Assembly: GCA_965230945.1 (NCBI GenBank)
Contig: OZ246397.1
Location: 239,701-303,700 of the forward strand
Source of the DNA: an uncultured Gammaproteobacteria bacterium
GTDB taxonomy: Bacteria; Patescibacteriota; Microgenomatia; PFEM01; JAPLYW01
Length of the DNA stretch: 64,000 nucleotides
Direction of reading: 5' to 3'
Of this stretch, positions 49,001-57,743 are shown in pieces. Position numbers and translations under genes: made by a program. Position 1 is the first letter of the stretch, and each line of letters opens with the position of its first letter. The notes beneath the pieces were generated by a model that was not told the DNA's origin, searched no databases, and saw nothing but the letters and a program-made list of their open reading frames with translations.

Positions 49001-49746
49001 TGATCCTCTGTTAATAAAGCTAATTCTTTAACCGCCCTAACAAAATCTATTAAATTTTTGTATTCTCCTTCTAACTTTTCTTGCTCTATAACAAACTCGT
49101 CTCTTAAACCCTGAATTTTCTGTTTAGCTCTAAGTTTAATTTCTTCTAAAGCTAAGGTTTGCTGCTCTTTGTTTTTAATTTTTTTGATTGTTTCTTTTTC
49201 TTCTTTTTTGCCATCTTTCTCAATCAACTTGATATCAGATTCGAGTTCGTCTTTTAAAGTTTTCTTTTGTTTTCCTAAACCTTCTTCCAGAATCCTCAAG
49301 GCTTTCTTTTTCTTTTCCTGGTCAATATTAGTTACTAAATATTTAGCAAAATAAATTATAGATTCTAAATCTCGAGGAGAAATATTTAAAAGTAAAGATA
49401 GTTTTGAAGGACTACTCTTAAAGTACCAAATATGGACTACTGGAGAGGCTAAGGTAATATGACCCATTCGTTCACGCCTTACTCGTGATTGAGTAACCTC
49501 AACACCACAGCGATCACAAACAATACCTCGATAACGGATCTTCTTATATTTTCCACAATAACATTCCCAATCTTTACTGGGTCCAAAAATCTTTTCGCAA
49601 AAAAGACCATCCTTTTCCGTCTTTAAGGTACGGTAATTAATTGTCTCTGGCTTGGTAACCTCACCATGAGACCAAGATTTAATTGTTTCCGGAGAGGCTA
49701 ACTTAATCTTTAATCTAGAAAAATCGACCATTTTCTTATTGTCCAT
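46045..49746 (-). CDS. rpoC: RNA polymerase beta' subunit
   Basis: NADFDGD, Zn ribbon CYCG..CDRC, GYLTRRL. Confidence 0.98.
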   Translation of the reverse strand: MDNKKMVDFSRLKIKLASPETIKSWSHGEVTKPETINYRTLKTEKDGLFCEKIFGPSKDWECYCGKYKKIRYRGIVCDRCGVEVTQSRVRRERMGHITLASPVVHIWYFKSSPSKLSLLLNISPRDLESIIYFAKYLVTNIDQEKKKKALRILEEGLGKQKKTLKDELESDIKLIEKDGKKEEKETIKKIKNKEQQTLALEEIKLRAKQKIQGLRDEFVIEQEKLEGEYKNLIDFVRAVKELALLTEDQYFKLVSYKVASFLKFGMGAGVVLEAIKSLDLKKLLVELRKEVKESVGARHIKATKRLSLIEEMIRAEVDPSWAVLRILPVIPPDLRPMVQLSGGRFATSDLNDLYRRVINRNNRLKHLIDLGAPEIILRNEKRMLQEAVDSLIDVSKSPVKHLRRRAQPFRCLSDILRGKQGRFRQNLLGKRVDYSGRSVIVVGPELKITQCGLPKEMALEMFKPFVLRELILTGVAPNVKSAKYILEHRPPEVYDILEKITKDHLVLLNRAPTLHKLGIQAFYPLLVEGNSIKLHPCVCKGFNADFDGDQMAVHVPLGRKSQEEAAKYLRADHNLLKPADGSPIAIPDKEMALGCYFLTSIDSKQESYQTIFANSKEAILAYQENKMRLRQLIKARIEGKIIETTVGRVLFNEILPKEIPFVNDDVRQRTVQALVTRAIQICDEQRIVKLIDDLKDIGFKYSTQSGISAGIFDCVVYPSKDNIIKESNEKANQLEKNFLEGLITQEEKRRLVKEIWLDTAEEVTDLTWKEFEPGNSIRLIIDAGLGRTSRDQIKQLSAMQGLVVDPLGKIVELPIKSNFREGLSVFEYVTSARGSRKGLTDTALKTADAGYLTRRLVDAVHDILLREEDCKTKNGIVISRQKDVRRADKFFDRVKGKVLAESVVDSKTKKVLLKRGELITDQNAGILERHHILEVKVRSPLTCESRYGLCVQCYGWDQSNKAKAEVGTPVGVLAAQSIGEPGTQLTLKTKHFGGIVVSDVTQGLPRVEEIFEARLPKVVSPLAEISGKVSVVETDDGHKVKIKSVGVKPIEEREYLIPAVSKLNVKDGQLIAAGDRISFGALDIKDVLQVKGVQAAQEYLIDELQEVYGSQGIPIHDKHFEVIVRRMSDKVKVESTGDTTLLAGEFVSKVRFEEENARVLAEGGEPATAKIVILGLTKVSLYTDSWLSAASFQETTNVLTSASLEGKEDKLMGLKENVIIGRLIPVTPERLKD

Positions 49747-52700
49747 CCTTCTCCTTTTTATTAGCTTCTTTCTTACTGTCTTCTTTTTCTACTGGCTCTT
49801 TTACCTCTTCAATTTCTTCTTTCTTATCTACAACCTCAATCGTGCCAACCGGCAATATATCAAGACATAAACTGTTTAATTCTTTGATTAAAACCTTAAA
49901 TGATTCAGGTACAGTAGAATCAGCAATCTCTGAACCTTTAACAATTGATTCAAAAGCCTTAGCGCGGCCAACGACATCATCACTTTTAATGGTCAGCATT
50001 TCCTGTAAAGTATGAGCAGCTCGATGAGCTTCTAATGCCCAAACTTCCATTTCTCCTAAACGTTGACCACCCATTTGAGCTTTTCCTCCCAAAGGTTGCT
50101 GGGTAACTAAGGAATAAGGGCCAGTAGAACGCGCATGAACTTTATCTTCAACCATATGTACTAATTTAAGAATATAACTAATACCCACCACCGTTTTCAT
50201 TTCATATCCCTCTCCGGTACAACCATCACGCAAAACTGTCTTGCCATCTTCAGGAAGATTAGCTCTTTTAAGTTCCTCAACAATTTTATCTTCCTCAACC
50301 TTACTGAAAACTGGAGCGGCTACTTTATAACCTAATTTATCGGCTGCCCAACCTAAATGGGCTTCAAATAACTGACCTAAATTCATTCGCGATAAAACAG
50401 AAAGTGAAGAGATAATGATATCTACCGGTGTCCCGTCAGATAAAAAAGGCATATCTGCTTCAGGAACAATCTTAGAAATAACCCCCTTGTTTCCATGACG
50501 ACCAGCTACTTTATCACCAACGGTCACCTTACGTATCTGAGCTACTCTAACAGTTACCTTTTTAAGAGTCCCTGCTTCTAGTTCATCTCCTTTTTCTCGA
50601 TCTAAAATCTGAACATCAATAACAGTTCCACCTTCTCCATGGGGAATTCGCAAAGAAGTATCCTTAACCTCTCTTGCTTTTTCACCAAAAATGGCACGCA
50701 ATAATCTTTCTTCAGCTGTTAGCTCTGTCTCTCCCTTAGGGGCAATTTTCCCAACCAAAATATCGTTAGGACCCACTTCACTACCAACAATAACAATACC
50801 GTCTTCGGCCAAATTAGCTAAGTCTGACTCACTAACATTAGGAATATCTCGTGTTAATTCCTCTGGACCTAGCTTAGTCTCTAACACCGAAATGTCATAT
50901 TCTTCAATATTAATTGAAGTTAAAACATCTTCCTTAAAAAGTTTATCAGAAACGACGATAGCATCTTCATACTCCAAACCATGATGAGAACAATAAGCAA
51001 TAATTAAGTTACGTCCTAAAGATAATTCACCTTGATCACAAGAAGGACCATCAATTAAAAGATCACCTTTTTTGACAATGTCTCCTGTTTTCACTGCCGG
51101 ACACTGTGAATAACAAGTACCATTGGGATTGGTTTTTTTGAACTTATATATAAAATAGGTTTCTTCATTACCCTTGGTCCTAATCTTTTCAGTATCTGGC
51201 AATCTATCTTTTCTACCCTTAACTTTTAAAATTACCTTCTGAGCATCTACATAGCTTACTTTACCATCGTGGCGTGCCTTAACTACCCGCTCCATAGCCT
51301 CAGCCACCGTCTTTTCCATGCCTGTTCCTATAATAGGAGACTCCGGTTTTACTAAAGGTACTGCTTGACATTCCATGTGAGTTCCCATTAAAGCACGCGC
51401 TGGCATATCATGGGCTAAAAAGGGAATCAAAGAGGCTGAAGTGCCGACTACTTCGGAGGGATTAATCTCAATTAAATCCACTTTTTCAACAGAGACTTCT
51501 AAAAGTTCTCCTTGAAATTTAACCGGTACCCATGAATCAATAATAAAGCCTTTGTCATCAATACTAACACCGGCATGAGTAATATGATAATTTTGTTCAT
51601 CATCAGCCGAAAGATAAACTACCTGATCAGTAATTCTCATCTTGGCTTTATTGCCTTCCTTAATCTTTTCTACCTTAAAGTAAGGAGCTTCCAAAAAGCC
51701 ATATTTATTAACCTTAGCATACAAACTCAGATAAGTTACCAAACCAATATTGGGACCCTCTGGGGAACGAACTGGACAGATACGTCCATATTGAGAAAAA
51801 TGAATATCTCTAATAGAGAAAGAAGCCCTCTCGCGGGTAATGCCCCCAACTCCCATAACGGAAATCCTTCTTAAGTTATCTAATTCAGATAGGGGGTTAG
51901 TCTGATCTAAAATGGTAGAAAGCTGGTTGCTGCGAAAAAATTCATTAATAGAAGCTACCAATAATCTAGCGTTAATCAAACGAGAAGCAGAAATTTCTTC
52001 TCCAGCAGGAACAAGACTCATTTTTTCTTTAATAGCTTTTTCTAGTCTTAAAAAACCGACCCTAAAAGGTCCTTCCACTAACTGTTCTCCTAATCTTCTT
52101 ATTCTTCTGTTAGAGAGATGGTCTATATCATCAATATCACCTTCGCCGTTTTGGAGCCTAATGAGGTATTTAACAGTCCTTACAAGATCCTCTTGACTTA
52201 AAACCCAATTTTCAGCTTTGTTAGAAATTTGTGAGCCTAAACGCTTGTTAATTTTAAAGCGCCCTATCCTACCTAGATTGTAGCGCCTTAGATTAAAAAA
52301 CATATTATCAATTAATTCTTGAGCATTTCCCAAAATGACTGGCTCTCCTGGCCTTAGTTTTTGATAAAATTCAACTAAAGCTTCTTGTTTGTCCTTAGCC
52401 TGATCTTTAGACAAGGTGGCTAATAAAAATTTAGAGGCTTTTTTATCATCACTAAAAGTCTCTAACATTTCTTCATCGGTAGAAAGACCAAAAACCCGTA
52501 ACAAAGTAGTTACGGGAAATTTACGCCGACGGTCAATTCTGACATTTATCACGTCATTGCGATTAACCATAAATTCCAGCCAAGAACCATGAAGTGGCCT
52601 TATGTCAGCACTATAAAGCATGCGCCCGCTGGTACTATCAACCTCGCCAGAGAAGAAAACACCTGGAGAACGAATCAATTGACTGACAATGGTCCTTTCC

Positions 52701-53077
52701 ACTCCGTTGATAATAAAAGTCCCCACTTCAGTCATATGGGGAATATCACCCAAGAAAACCTTTTGCTTGCTTTTCTTGCCAGTTCTTTTATTAATTAAGG
52801 TTGTTTCTACTTTTAACGGTCGATCATAAGTTAGATCCTTACTAAGGGCCTCTGTAACAGTGTGCCTTGTTTCTCCAAAAGCAGGATTTTTTAAATATAA
52901 CTCCCAGTTTTTACCAGTAAAGTCAACAAGTGGGGAAATTTCAGCAATAGCTTGCTTAATACCCTCACCAATAAACCACTGATAAGATTCTCGCTGAATA
53001 GCGAGTAGGTCAAGTGGCGATAAGCTTTTGTAAATTTTGCCCCAAAAGATCCGTTCAGTCTTCTTTGAAGGAATCAT
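49736..53077 (-). CDS. rpoB: RNA polymerase beta subunit
   Basis: GDKVAGRHGNKG, GGQRLGEMEVWAL; start at ATG 53077 inferred (ORF is open to 53095). Confidence 0.98.
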   Translation of the reverse strand: MIPSKKTERIFWGKIYKSLSPLDLLAIQRESYQWFIGEGIKQAIAEISPLVDFTGKNWELYLKNPAFGETRHTVTEALSKDLTYDRPLKVETTLINKRTGKKSKQKVFLGDIPHMTEVGTFIINGVERTIVSQLIRSPGVFFSGEVDSTSGRMLYSADIRPLHGSWLEFMVNRNDVINVRIDRRRKFPVTTLLRVFGLSTDEEMLETFSDDKKASKFLLATLSKDQAKDKQEALVEFYQKLRPGEPVILGNAQELIDNMFFNLRRYNLGRIGRFKINKRLGSQISNKAENWVLSQEDLVRTVKYLIRLQNGEGDIDDIDHLSNRRIRRLGEQLVEGPFRVGFLRLEKAIKEKMSLVPAGEEISASRLINARLLVASINEFFRSNQLSTILDQTNPLSELDNLRRISVMGVGGITRERASFSIRDIHFSQYGRICPVRSPEGPNIGLVTYLSLYAKVNKYGFLEAPYFKVEKIKEGNKAKMRITDQVVYLSADDEQNYHITHAGVSIDDKGFIIDSWVPVKFQGELLEVSVEKVDLIEINPSEVVGTSASLIPFLAHDMPARALMGTHMECQAVPLVKPESPIIGTGMEKTVAEAMERVVKARHDGKVSYVDAQKVILKVKGRKDRLPDTEKIRTKGNEETYFIYKFKKTNPNGTCYSQCPAVKTGDIVKKGDLLIDGPSCDQGELSLGRNLIIAYCSHHGLEYEDAIVVSDKLFKEDVLTSINIEEYDISVLETKLGPEELTRDIPNVSESDLANLAEDGIVIVGSEVGPNDILVGKIAPKGETELTAEERLLRAIFGEKAREVKDTSLRIPHGEGGTVIDVQILDREKGDELEAGTLKKVTVRVAQIRKVTVGDKVAGRHGNKGVISKIVPEADMPFLSDGTPVDIIISSLSVLSRMNLGQLFEAHLGWAADKLGYKVAAPVFSKVEEDKIVEELKRANLPEDGKTVLRDGCTGEGYEMKTVVGISYILKLVHMVEDKVHARSTGPYSLVTQQPLGGKAQMGGQRLGEMEVWALEAHRAAHTLQEMLTIKSDDVVGRAKAFESIVKGSEIADSTVPESFKVLIKELNSLCLDILPVGTIEVVDKKEEIEEVKEPVEKEDSKKEANKKEKDGQ

Positions 53078-53095
53078 CAAATTTCCGGTCAACAA

Positions 53096-53166
53096 TTAAG
53101 CGCGCTTTGCGCGCTCAAATTTATAAGATTTAAGTTAAAATTAACATAAAAAATGAGGCTTGTCAA
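53096..53166 (-). promoter_or_regulatory. rpoB promoter and GC-rich leader hairpin
   Basis: TTGACA-17-TAATTT; hairpin TTGAGCGCGC-AAA-GCGCGCTTAA at 53118-53096. Confidence 0.5.
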
Positions 53167-53187
53167 CTGGAAAAACAACCTAAAGTT

Positions 53188-54186
53188 TTAATCTACAAGA
53201 TACTTTCTAATATTAACACTATGCTCCTCGTTAGTTTTAGCGTAATGCATCCTACCTCTCTTATCAGAAAGATAAAACCAGTAATCTGTCTGCCTGGGAT
53301 AAACTACAGCCTTAATTGAAGCTAAGCCTGGATTACAAATCGGTGTCGGTGGTAATCCCCCATATTTATAAGTATTATAAGGAGAATTAAGGGCCATATC
53401 TTTTTTACTAATTTGCGGCCACCAGTTCTGTTCTTTAGCTAGAGCATATTGAATGGTAGCATCAACTTGTAATGGCCAATCGTTTTGCCAACGTTTAATC
53501 AAAATACCAGCCACTATAACTCGATCCTGATCATACCTAGCTTCTCGTTCAACAAGAGAAGCCAAAATCAAAACCTGCTTTTTAGTTAAACCTGCCTTGG
53601 CGGCAACTCTCTCCAGTTCAATGTTAAATTTAGAAGAGAAATTATTTCTAAAAAGATTTAAAACAGCCGAAGCAGTTACCTCTTTAGGAATCAAATAGGT
53701 ATCAGGAAACAATTCTCCCTCCTGACCTTCAGTAAGCTGTAAAAAATCTCGAGAATTAAAATTATCCAAATTAGACGCCAATCTCTGGGTAAATTCTTCC
53801 CGACGCCAGCCCTCAGGAAAAGTTAACCAGATATCAGAAGTTCCATGAGTCAAAATATAGGCAATTTCTCCAGCAGACAAATTAGGACTTAAAGAAAAGC
53901 TACCTGCTTGAATCTTGGCAGACAACCCTTTAGATAAAATAAAGATTTTAAAAGCTAAGTCACTCTTAATTAAATTCGCTTCCTGTAAACGAACCGCTAT
54001 TGAAGAAAAGTTTTCCCCTTTTTTAATAACAAAAGTCTGAGAAAAGTCAGAAGAACTATTTAAGGGAGAAACCGCTCTCTGCCACCAAAAAAAACAAGCT
54101 ACAATAATAGCCAAAATAAGCAGGAGGGCAAGAAGCTTAAACCTCTTCAAAAAGGGCCCGGCGGTACTTTTTTGTTTTCCTATCAT
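53188..54186 (-). CDS. mltG: Endolytic transglycosylase MltG
   Basis: EGELFPDTY, ASLVERE, LQVDAT, SPYNTY, GLPPTPICNPG; start uncertain (ATG 54186 or TTG 54150). Confidence 0.93.
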   Translation of the reverse strand: MIGKQKSTAGPFLKRFKLLALLLILAIIVACFFWWQRAVSPLNSSSDFSQTFVIKKGENFSSIAVRLQEANLIKSDLAFKIFILSKGLSAKIQAGSFSLSPNLSAGEIAYILTHGTSDIWLTFPEGWRREEFTQRLASNLDNFNSRDFLQLTEGQEGELFPDTYLIPKEVTASAVLNLFRNNFSSKFNIELERVAAKAGLTKKQVLILASLVEREARYDQDRVIVAGILIKRWQNDWPLQVDATIQYALAKEQNWWPQISKKDMALNSPYNTYKYGGLPPTPICNPGLASIKAVVYPRQTDYWFYLSDKRGRMHYAKTNEEHSVNIRKYLVD

Positions 54187-54334
54187 AAATAAAAATGCGG
54201 CCACACTTACAGGTAACCTTCTCTGTTTCGCCCTTCCTTTCTCTCTTACCTTTAATAAGTGATTTACCACAACCGACACATTGGCCTTTTGAAAGTAACC
54301 AAGCTTGAACTGGAGCGATAATATTTTTAAACAT
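54137..54334 (-). CDS. 65-aa zinc-ribbon-like hypothetical protein
   Basis: CVGCG...CKCG; its start overlaps the ruvX stop. Confidence 0.7.
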   Translation of the reverse strand: MFKNIIAPVQAWLLSKGQCVGCGKSLIKGKRERKGETEKVTCKCGRIFIYDRKTKKYRRALFEEV

Positions 54335-54728
54335 GACTGTTTTCTAAATACTTTTCTAAAATCAAAGCAGCTGCAAAGGCATCTTCCTTTTCTCTGCGGG
54401 CCTTTTTCTTAACCCCTGACGCTATCATTTTAGCAAGAGCGTCTTTACTCGTCAAGCTCTCATCTTGATAGACTAAAGGTAGGCTTGTAGCCTTAGCTAA
54501 GTTCTTACCAAAAACTTTTACTTCAGAAGCCACCTTACCCTCGGGAAGACCTAAAACAATTTTACCTACTCTTTTAACCTGGCAAATTTTCTTTAACTTA
54601 TCAACTATCTGCCATTGAGCTAAACATTTAACCATAATCACCCTTAAAGGAACAACTAACTTACTTTCTTCATCAGCTAAAGCTAAACCTATTTTGCTTA
54701 AGCCAAAATCAATTCCCAAAAAATTCAT
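54327..54728 (-). CDS. ruvX: YqgF/RuvX family RNase-H-fold nuclease
   Basis: LGIDFG...IGLA, VLGLP, QDESLTS, D..AAALIL. Confidence 0.9.
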   Translation of the reverse strand: MNFLGIDFGLSKIGLALADEESKLVVPLRVIMVKCLAQWQIVDKLKKICQVKRVGKIVLGLPEGKVASEVKVFGKNLAKATSLPLVYQDESLTSKDALAKMIASGVKKKARREKEDAFAAALILEKYLENSHV

Positions 54729-54729
54729 C

Positions 54730-55422
54730 TTAAATTCTCGTCAGCTTGGCCTTAACTACCAAACGCCTTAAGTAAGTACCTGGAGGAACACAAGTAATTA
54801 AGCTTAAATATTCACTGTCATCATGCTGCTGCAAAACAGAAACATCATCTGGCAAAACCTCTTTTAAGCCAATAATTTGATAGCGATACAAGATACCATC
54901 AAAGTCAACAAAAATTTCATCACCTGTTTCCAAAGCAGGCAGGGTAGAGAAAATAGTTTTGTAGTTCTTAGGATTGAAGAATTGCGGTAAAACTGAGTGG
55001 CCAAAAATAACCGTATTCCCATATTGGCCAGGTAAGGAAGTTCCTGGATATTGGATTAAATTTTTCATCAAATCCTCGCCTCCAATATGAACAACTGCTT
55101 TTTCTATTTTCAATTTAGGAATAGAGATGGAATAATGAGTAATTCTACTTGACTTAAAAGGTAACTCTTTTGCTGTCGGAAACCAAGTATAGGGGCGACT
55201 GTAGTCAACCACAGTCGTATCTTCACCTAAAACCTTAACCGGAGAGATTAACTGAGATGCAAAACGACGGCTCTTAATTTTATAATCTACGATCGGCCAA
55301 AAGGCACTGAGTAAAATCACTGATCCCAAAAGAAAAATACCAAAGGAACAATACTTTAAAAGTTTTCCCTTTTTTAAATTTCTTACCTGGGGTTCTCTTT
55401 TAATATAACAATATCTGGTCAT
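54730..55422 (-). CDS. Sortase (class D/E-like)
   Basis: N-terminal TM; GNTVIFGHS; LITCVPPG..RRLVV (His/Cys/Arg triad). Confidence 0.9.
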   Translation of the reverse strand: MTRYCYIKREPQVRNLKKGKLLKYCSFGIFLLGSVILLSAFWPIVDYKIKSRRFASQLISPVKVLGEDTTVVDYSRPYTWFPTAKELPFKSSRITHYSISIPKLKIEKAVVHIGGEDLMKNLIQYPGTSLPGQYGNTVIFGHSVLPQFFNPKNYKTIFSTLPALETGDEIFVDFDGILYRYQIIGLKEVLPDDVSVLQQHDDSEYLSLITCVPPGTYLRRLVVKAKLTRI

Positions 55423-55424
55423 TC

Positions 55425-57743
55425 CTACCTGAGTTTAACTTCAATATTAATCTTTTTAACCATCCTTGGAAAAGTAGCAATTTTAGCTGGTAGATTAGGA
55501 GTAATTTGGGCTTCAAAAGACTCAACGTTGGGTAGATTGCTAAGATAGGTGTTGCCAATAGCAGGTTTTTTGCCTAATAAATTATTTTTAATCTGCTCTA
55601 GGTCAAACTTAGGCATAAGATCAGCTTTAAAATGAGCTGTAAAAGTAAAAATGCCGTCTTCAATATCTTCCAACTCAAAATTGGTTTCTGCTTGCTGAGG
55701 ATCATAACCAAAATCTGAAGGAACCAAAGCGGCAATTTCTTCCTTAATTAAACTCCCAAAATCATCTTCATTAAAAGTCAGTGCCGCCACCTTTAATTCT
55801 AACTTTAAGCTCAGTTCATTAACCTCTTCATTAAGTTTAGCTGAAAAAGTTTTTTCTAAAACTTCTAACTCTAATGATTCTTCCACTAGTTTATCTTTGC
55901 TACCTAATTCACTCCTTAACTGACCAATAGCTCCTTGTTTAAGTTCCTTTCTTAAGCCAGATAAAAGTTCATCCTGATCAGTTTCAGCCACTACCTGAAC
56001 TTCTCTGGCAGTTCCCCCACTAAAACTAGAAGCATTACTGGCAATAAAATCTGAACGGCTATAATTGGCAATAGAGAACTCCGAATTAGAAGCTAAATTT
56101 CCTTCACTACCAAATTCCACCGCTGTTACTGACACCACCGCTTTACCCGGAATTCCAAGGTAATCAGGCGGTCCTGAACTACTTTTTGAAGCAACCAAAA
56201 CATCTTCGTCTAGAGTAAAAAGCAAATCATCAGGTCCATAAATTTTAGCTCCTTCAGAAAAAGTTTTCTGCTGCGAAGTACGGTTGTAAATCGTTACCTC
56301 TCCGGTAGCTTTCTCTCCAATCAGTTTACTACCACTAGTTTCTCTTTCCTTTTCTCCAGATAAGGTCATCTCTATCTTTTGAGCTGGCAAAAGAAGTTTG
56401 TCTTTACCGATGACATCTAGTGAAGTAGCTAGCTTCACAGAAAAATCTCTTTCTAAAGACTGTGGTTTAACAAAAAGAACCACCGAAGCTTTGGGAAAAT
56501 ACCAATACAAAAGGGTCAAGGCAACCAAAACAATTAACAAAACACCTCCTGCTAAGCCTAAAACCAAACTCGTTCTACTACTAAAAGGATTCTTTATTGA
56601 AGAAAAAAAGCCTGAGAAATTAATTTTCTTAAACCAAGAAAAATTAAATGCAGGTAGTCGAAAAGTTCTTTTTGAGGGTTTTGCGGAATCTAAATCCACA
56701 CCCTTTTCTTCTTCGACAGCCGTCATCTCTATATGTTCTGAAGGGTAAGAGATCTCTTGCTTTTCTTCTTTAATATCTCTACCTCTAACAAAACCTAAAA
56801 CCGGCTGAGAAATAGGCAGGGTTTCTGGCTTTTTTTCTTCTACATCCTCTCCTTGTCTTTTTTTCTCTTCAACCACTTCTTGCTCAACCTCTATCTCCTC
56901 CTTCTCATTCTCCTCCTCAATCTCTCCCCCTGTCTCAGTTACTGGCTTTTCTTTCAGCCACTCTTCTTCTCCTCCCATATCTAAAAGCTCTATTCCTTTA
57001 ATATCAGCCATCTGAAAGGCACTAGCCAAAACAATGGCCTTGATATCAAAATCAGCTGACAAAATCTCTACTTTAGGTAAATGTAAAAAACTTACCTTTT
57101 CCTCTTGCCAGGGCCAATTAATCAACCCTTGCCTTACTCCTTCTAATTTTTCCTCACCATCGTAAAGTAAAATCCTCGCTGGGAAAGGAACTTCACGATT
57201 AAAACGAGATAAACCCTCTGCCAAATCAGCTCCAATATCACCACTTCTTACGACCAAGTTCGTCCCTATAATTTTACCTAAATCAACCAAGCTAACAGAT
57301 ATTTTTTTCTCGCTTAAACCCATTAAAACGGCTGTTGGAGGAACGCCTTCAATTTTCTTAAGCCAATGAACAACCCCTTCAGGAATAACAATAAAACCTA
57401 AAGGAGAAAGTTCAAATTTTTGAGAAATTTTTTTGAGAATTTCAATCTTCCCAGGGATAATTTTGTTTTCGTCAACCCAATCCGTAGAAACACCAAAGAT
57501 GATTTTCTTAGGTTCATCTGCTTTCTGTTGAGGAATAATCTTTTCTACCGCTGAAGACAAGGAGGAATCTATGACTTCTAAAAGTTTCTCCTCATTATCC
57601 CAATTAAAACTTTTACCTAGACTAACTAATTTGGCTTGATTATCTTCAATTGTCCAAATAGCGCTTTTGACCCGATCAATATTAATCTCTAGGGCAAAAA
57701 AATATTCTTTTTTTTCCGGTTCATTTTTCGATAAGTTGAGCAT
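55425..57743 (-). CDS. Single-pass membrane protein: FtsA/actin-like N-domain, acidic linker, TM, baseplate J/gp47-like C-domain
   Basis: FFALEI...VKSAIW start; KATGEVTIYN, V.VTA..G.EGN and N..SFSGG motifs of baseplate-J-like domains; start at ATG 57743 inferred. Confidence 0.6.
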   Translation of the reverse strand: MLNLSKNEPEKKEYFFALEINIDRVKSAIWTIEDNQAKLVSLGKSFNWDNEEKLLEVIDSSLSSAVEKIIPQQKADEPKKIIFGVSTDWVDENKIIPGKIEILKKISQKFELSPLGFIVIPEGVVHWLKKIEGVPPTAVLMGLSEKKISVSLVDLGKIIGTNLVVRSGDIGADLAEGLSRFNREVPFPARILLYDGEEKLEGVRQGLINWPWQEEKVSFLHLPKVEILSADFDIKAIVLASAFQMADIKGIELLDMGGEEEWLKEKPVTETGGEIEEENEKEEIEVEQEVVEEKKRQGEDVEEKKPETLPISQPVLGFVRGRDIKEEKQEISYPSEHIEMTAVEEEKGVDLDSAKPSKRTFRLPAFNFSWFKKINFSGFFSSIKNPFSSRTSLVLGLAGGVLLIVLVALTLLYWYFPKASVVLFVKPQSLERDFSVKLATSLDVIGKDKLLLPAQKIEMTLSGEKERETSGSKLIGEKATGEVTIYNRTSQQKTFSEGAKIYGPDDLLFTLDEDVLVASKSSSGPPDYLGIPGKAVVSVTAVEFGSEGNLASNSEFSIANYSRSDFIASNASSFSGGTAREVQVVAETDQDELLSGLRKELKQGAIGQLRSELGSKDKLVEESLELEVLEKTFSAKLNEEVNELSLKLELKVAALTFNEDDFGSLIKEEIAALVPSDFGYDPQQAETNFELEDIEDGIFTFTAHFKADLMPKFDLEQIKNNLLGKKPAIGNTYLSNLPNVESFEAQITPNLPAKIATFPRMVKKINIEVKLR

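Noticed and set aside
54187-54279. Long N-terminal extension of mltG in the ORF track
   Set aside because: It overlaps the 65-aa zinc-ribbon gene in another frame; the MltG TM anchor begins further downstream.
55425-57743. Prophage or contractile injection system implied by the baseplate-like domain
   Set aside because: No sheath, tube, terminase, capsid or integrase genes; the context is housekeeping.
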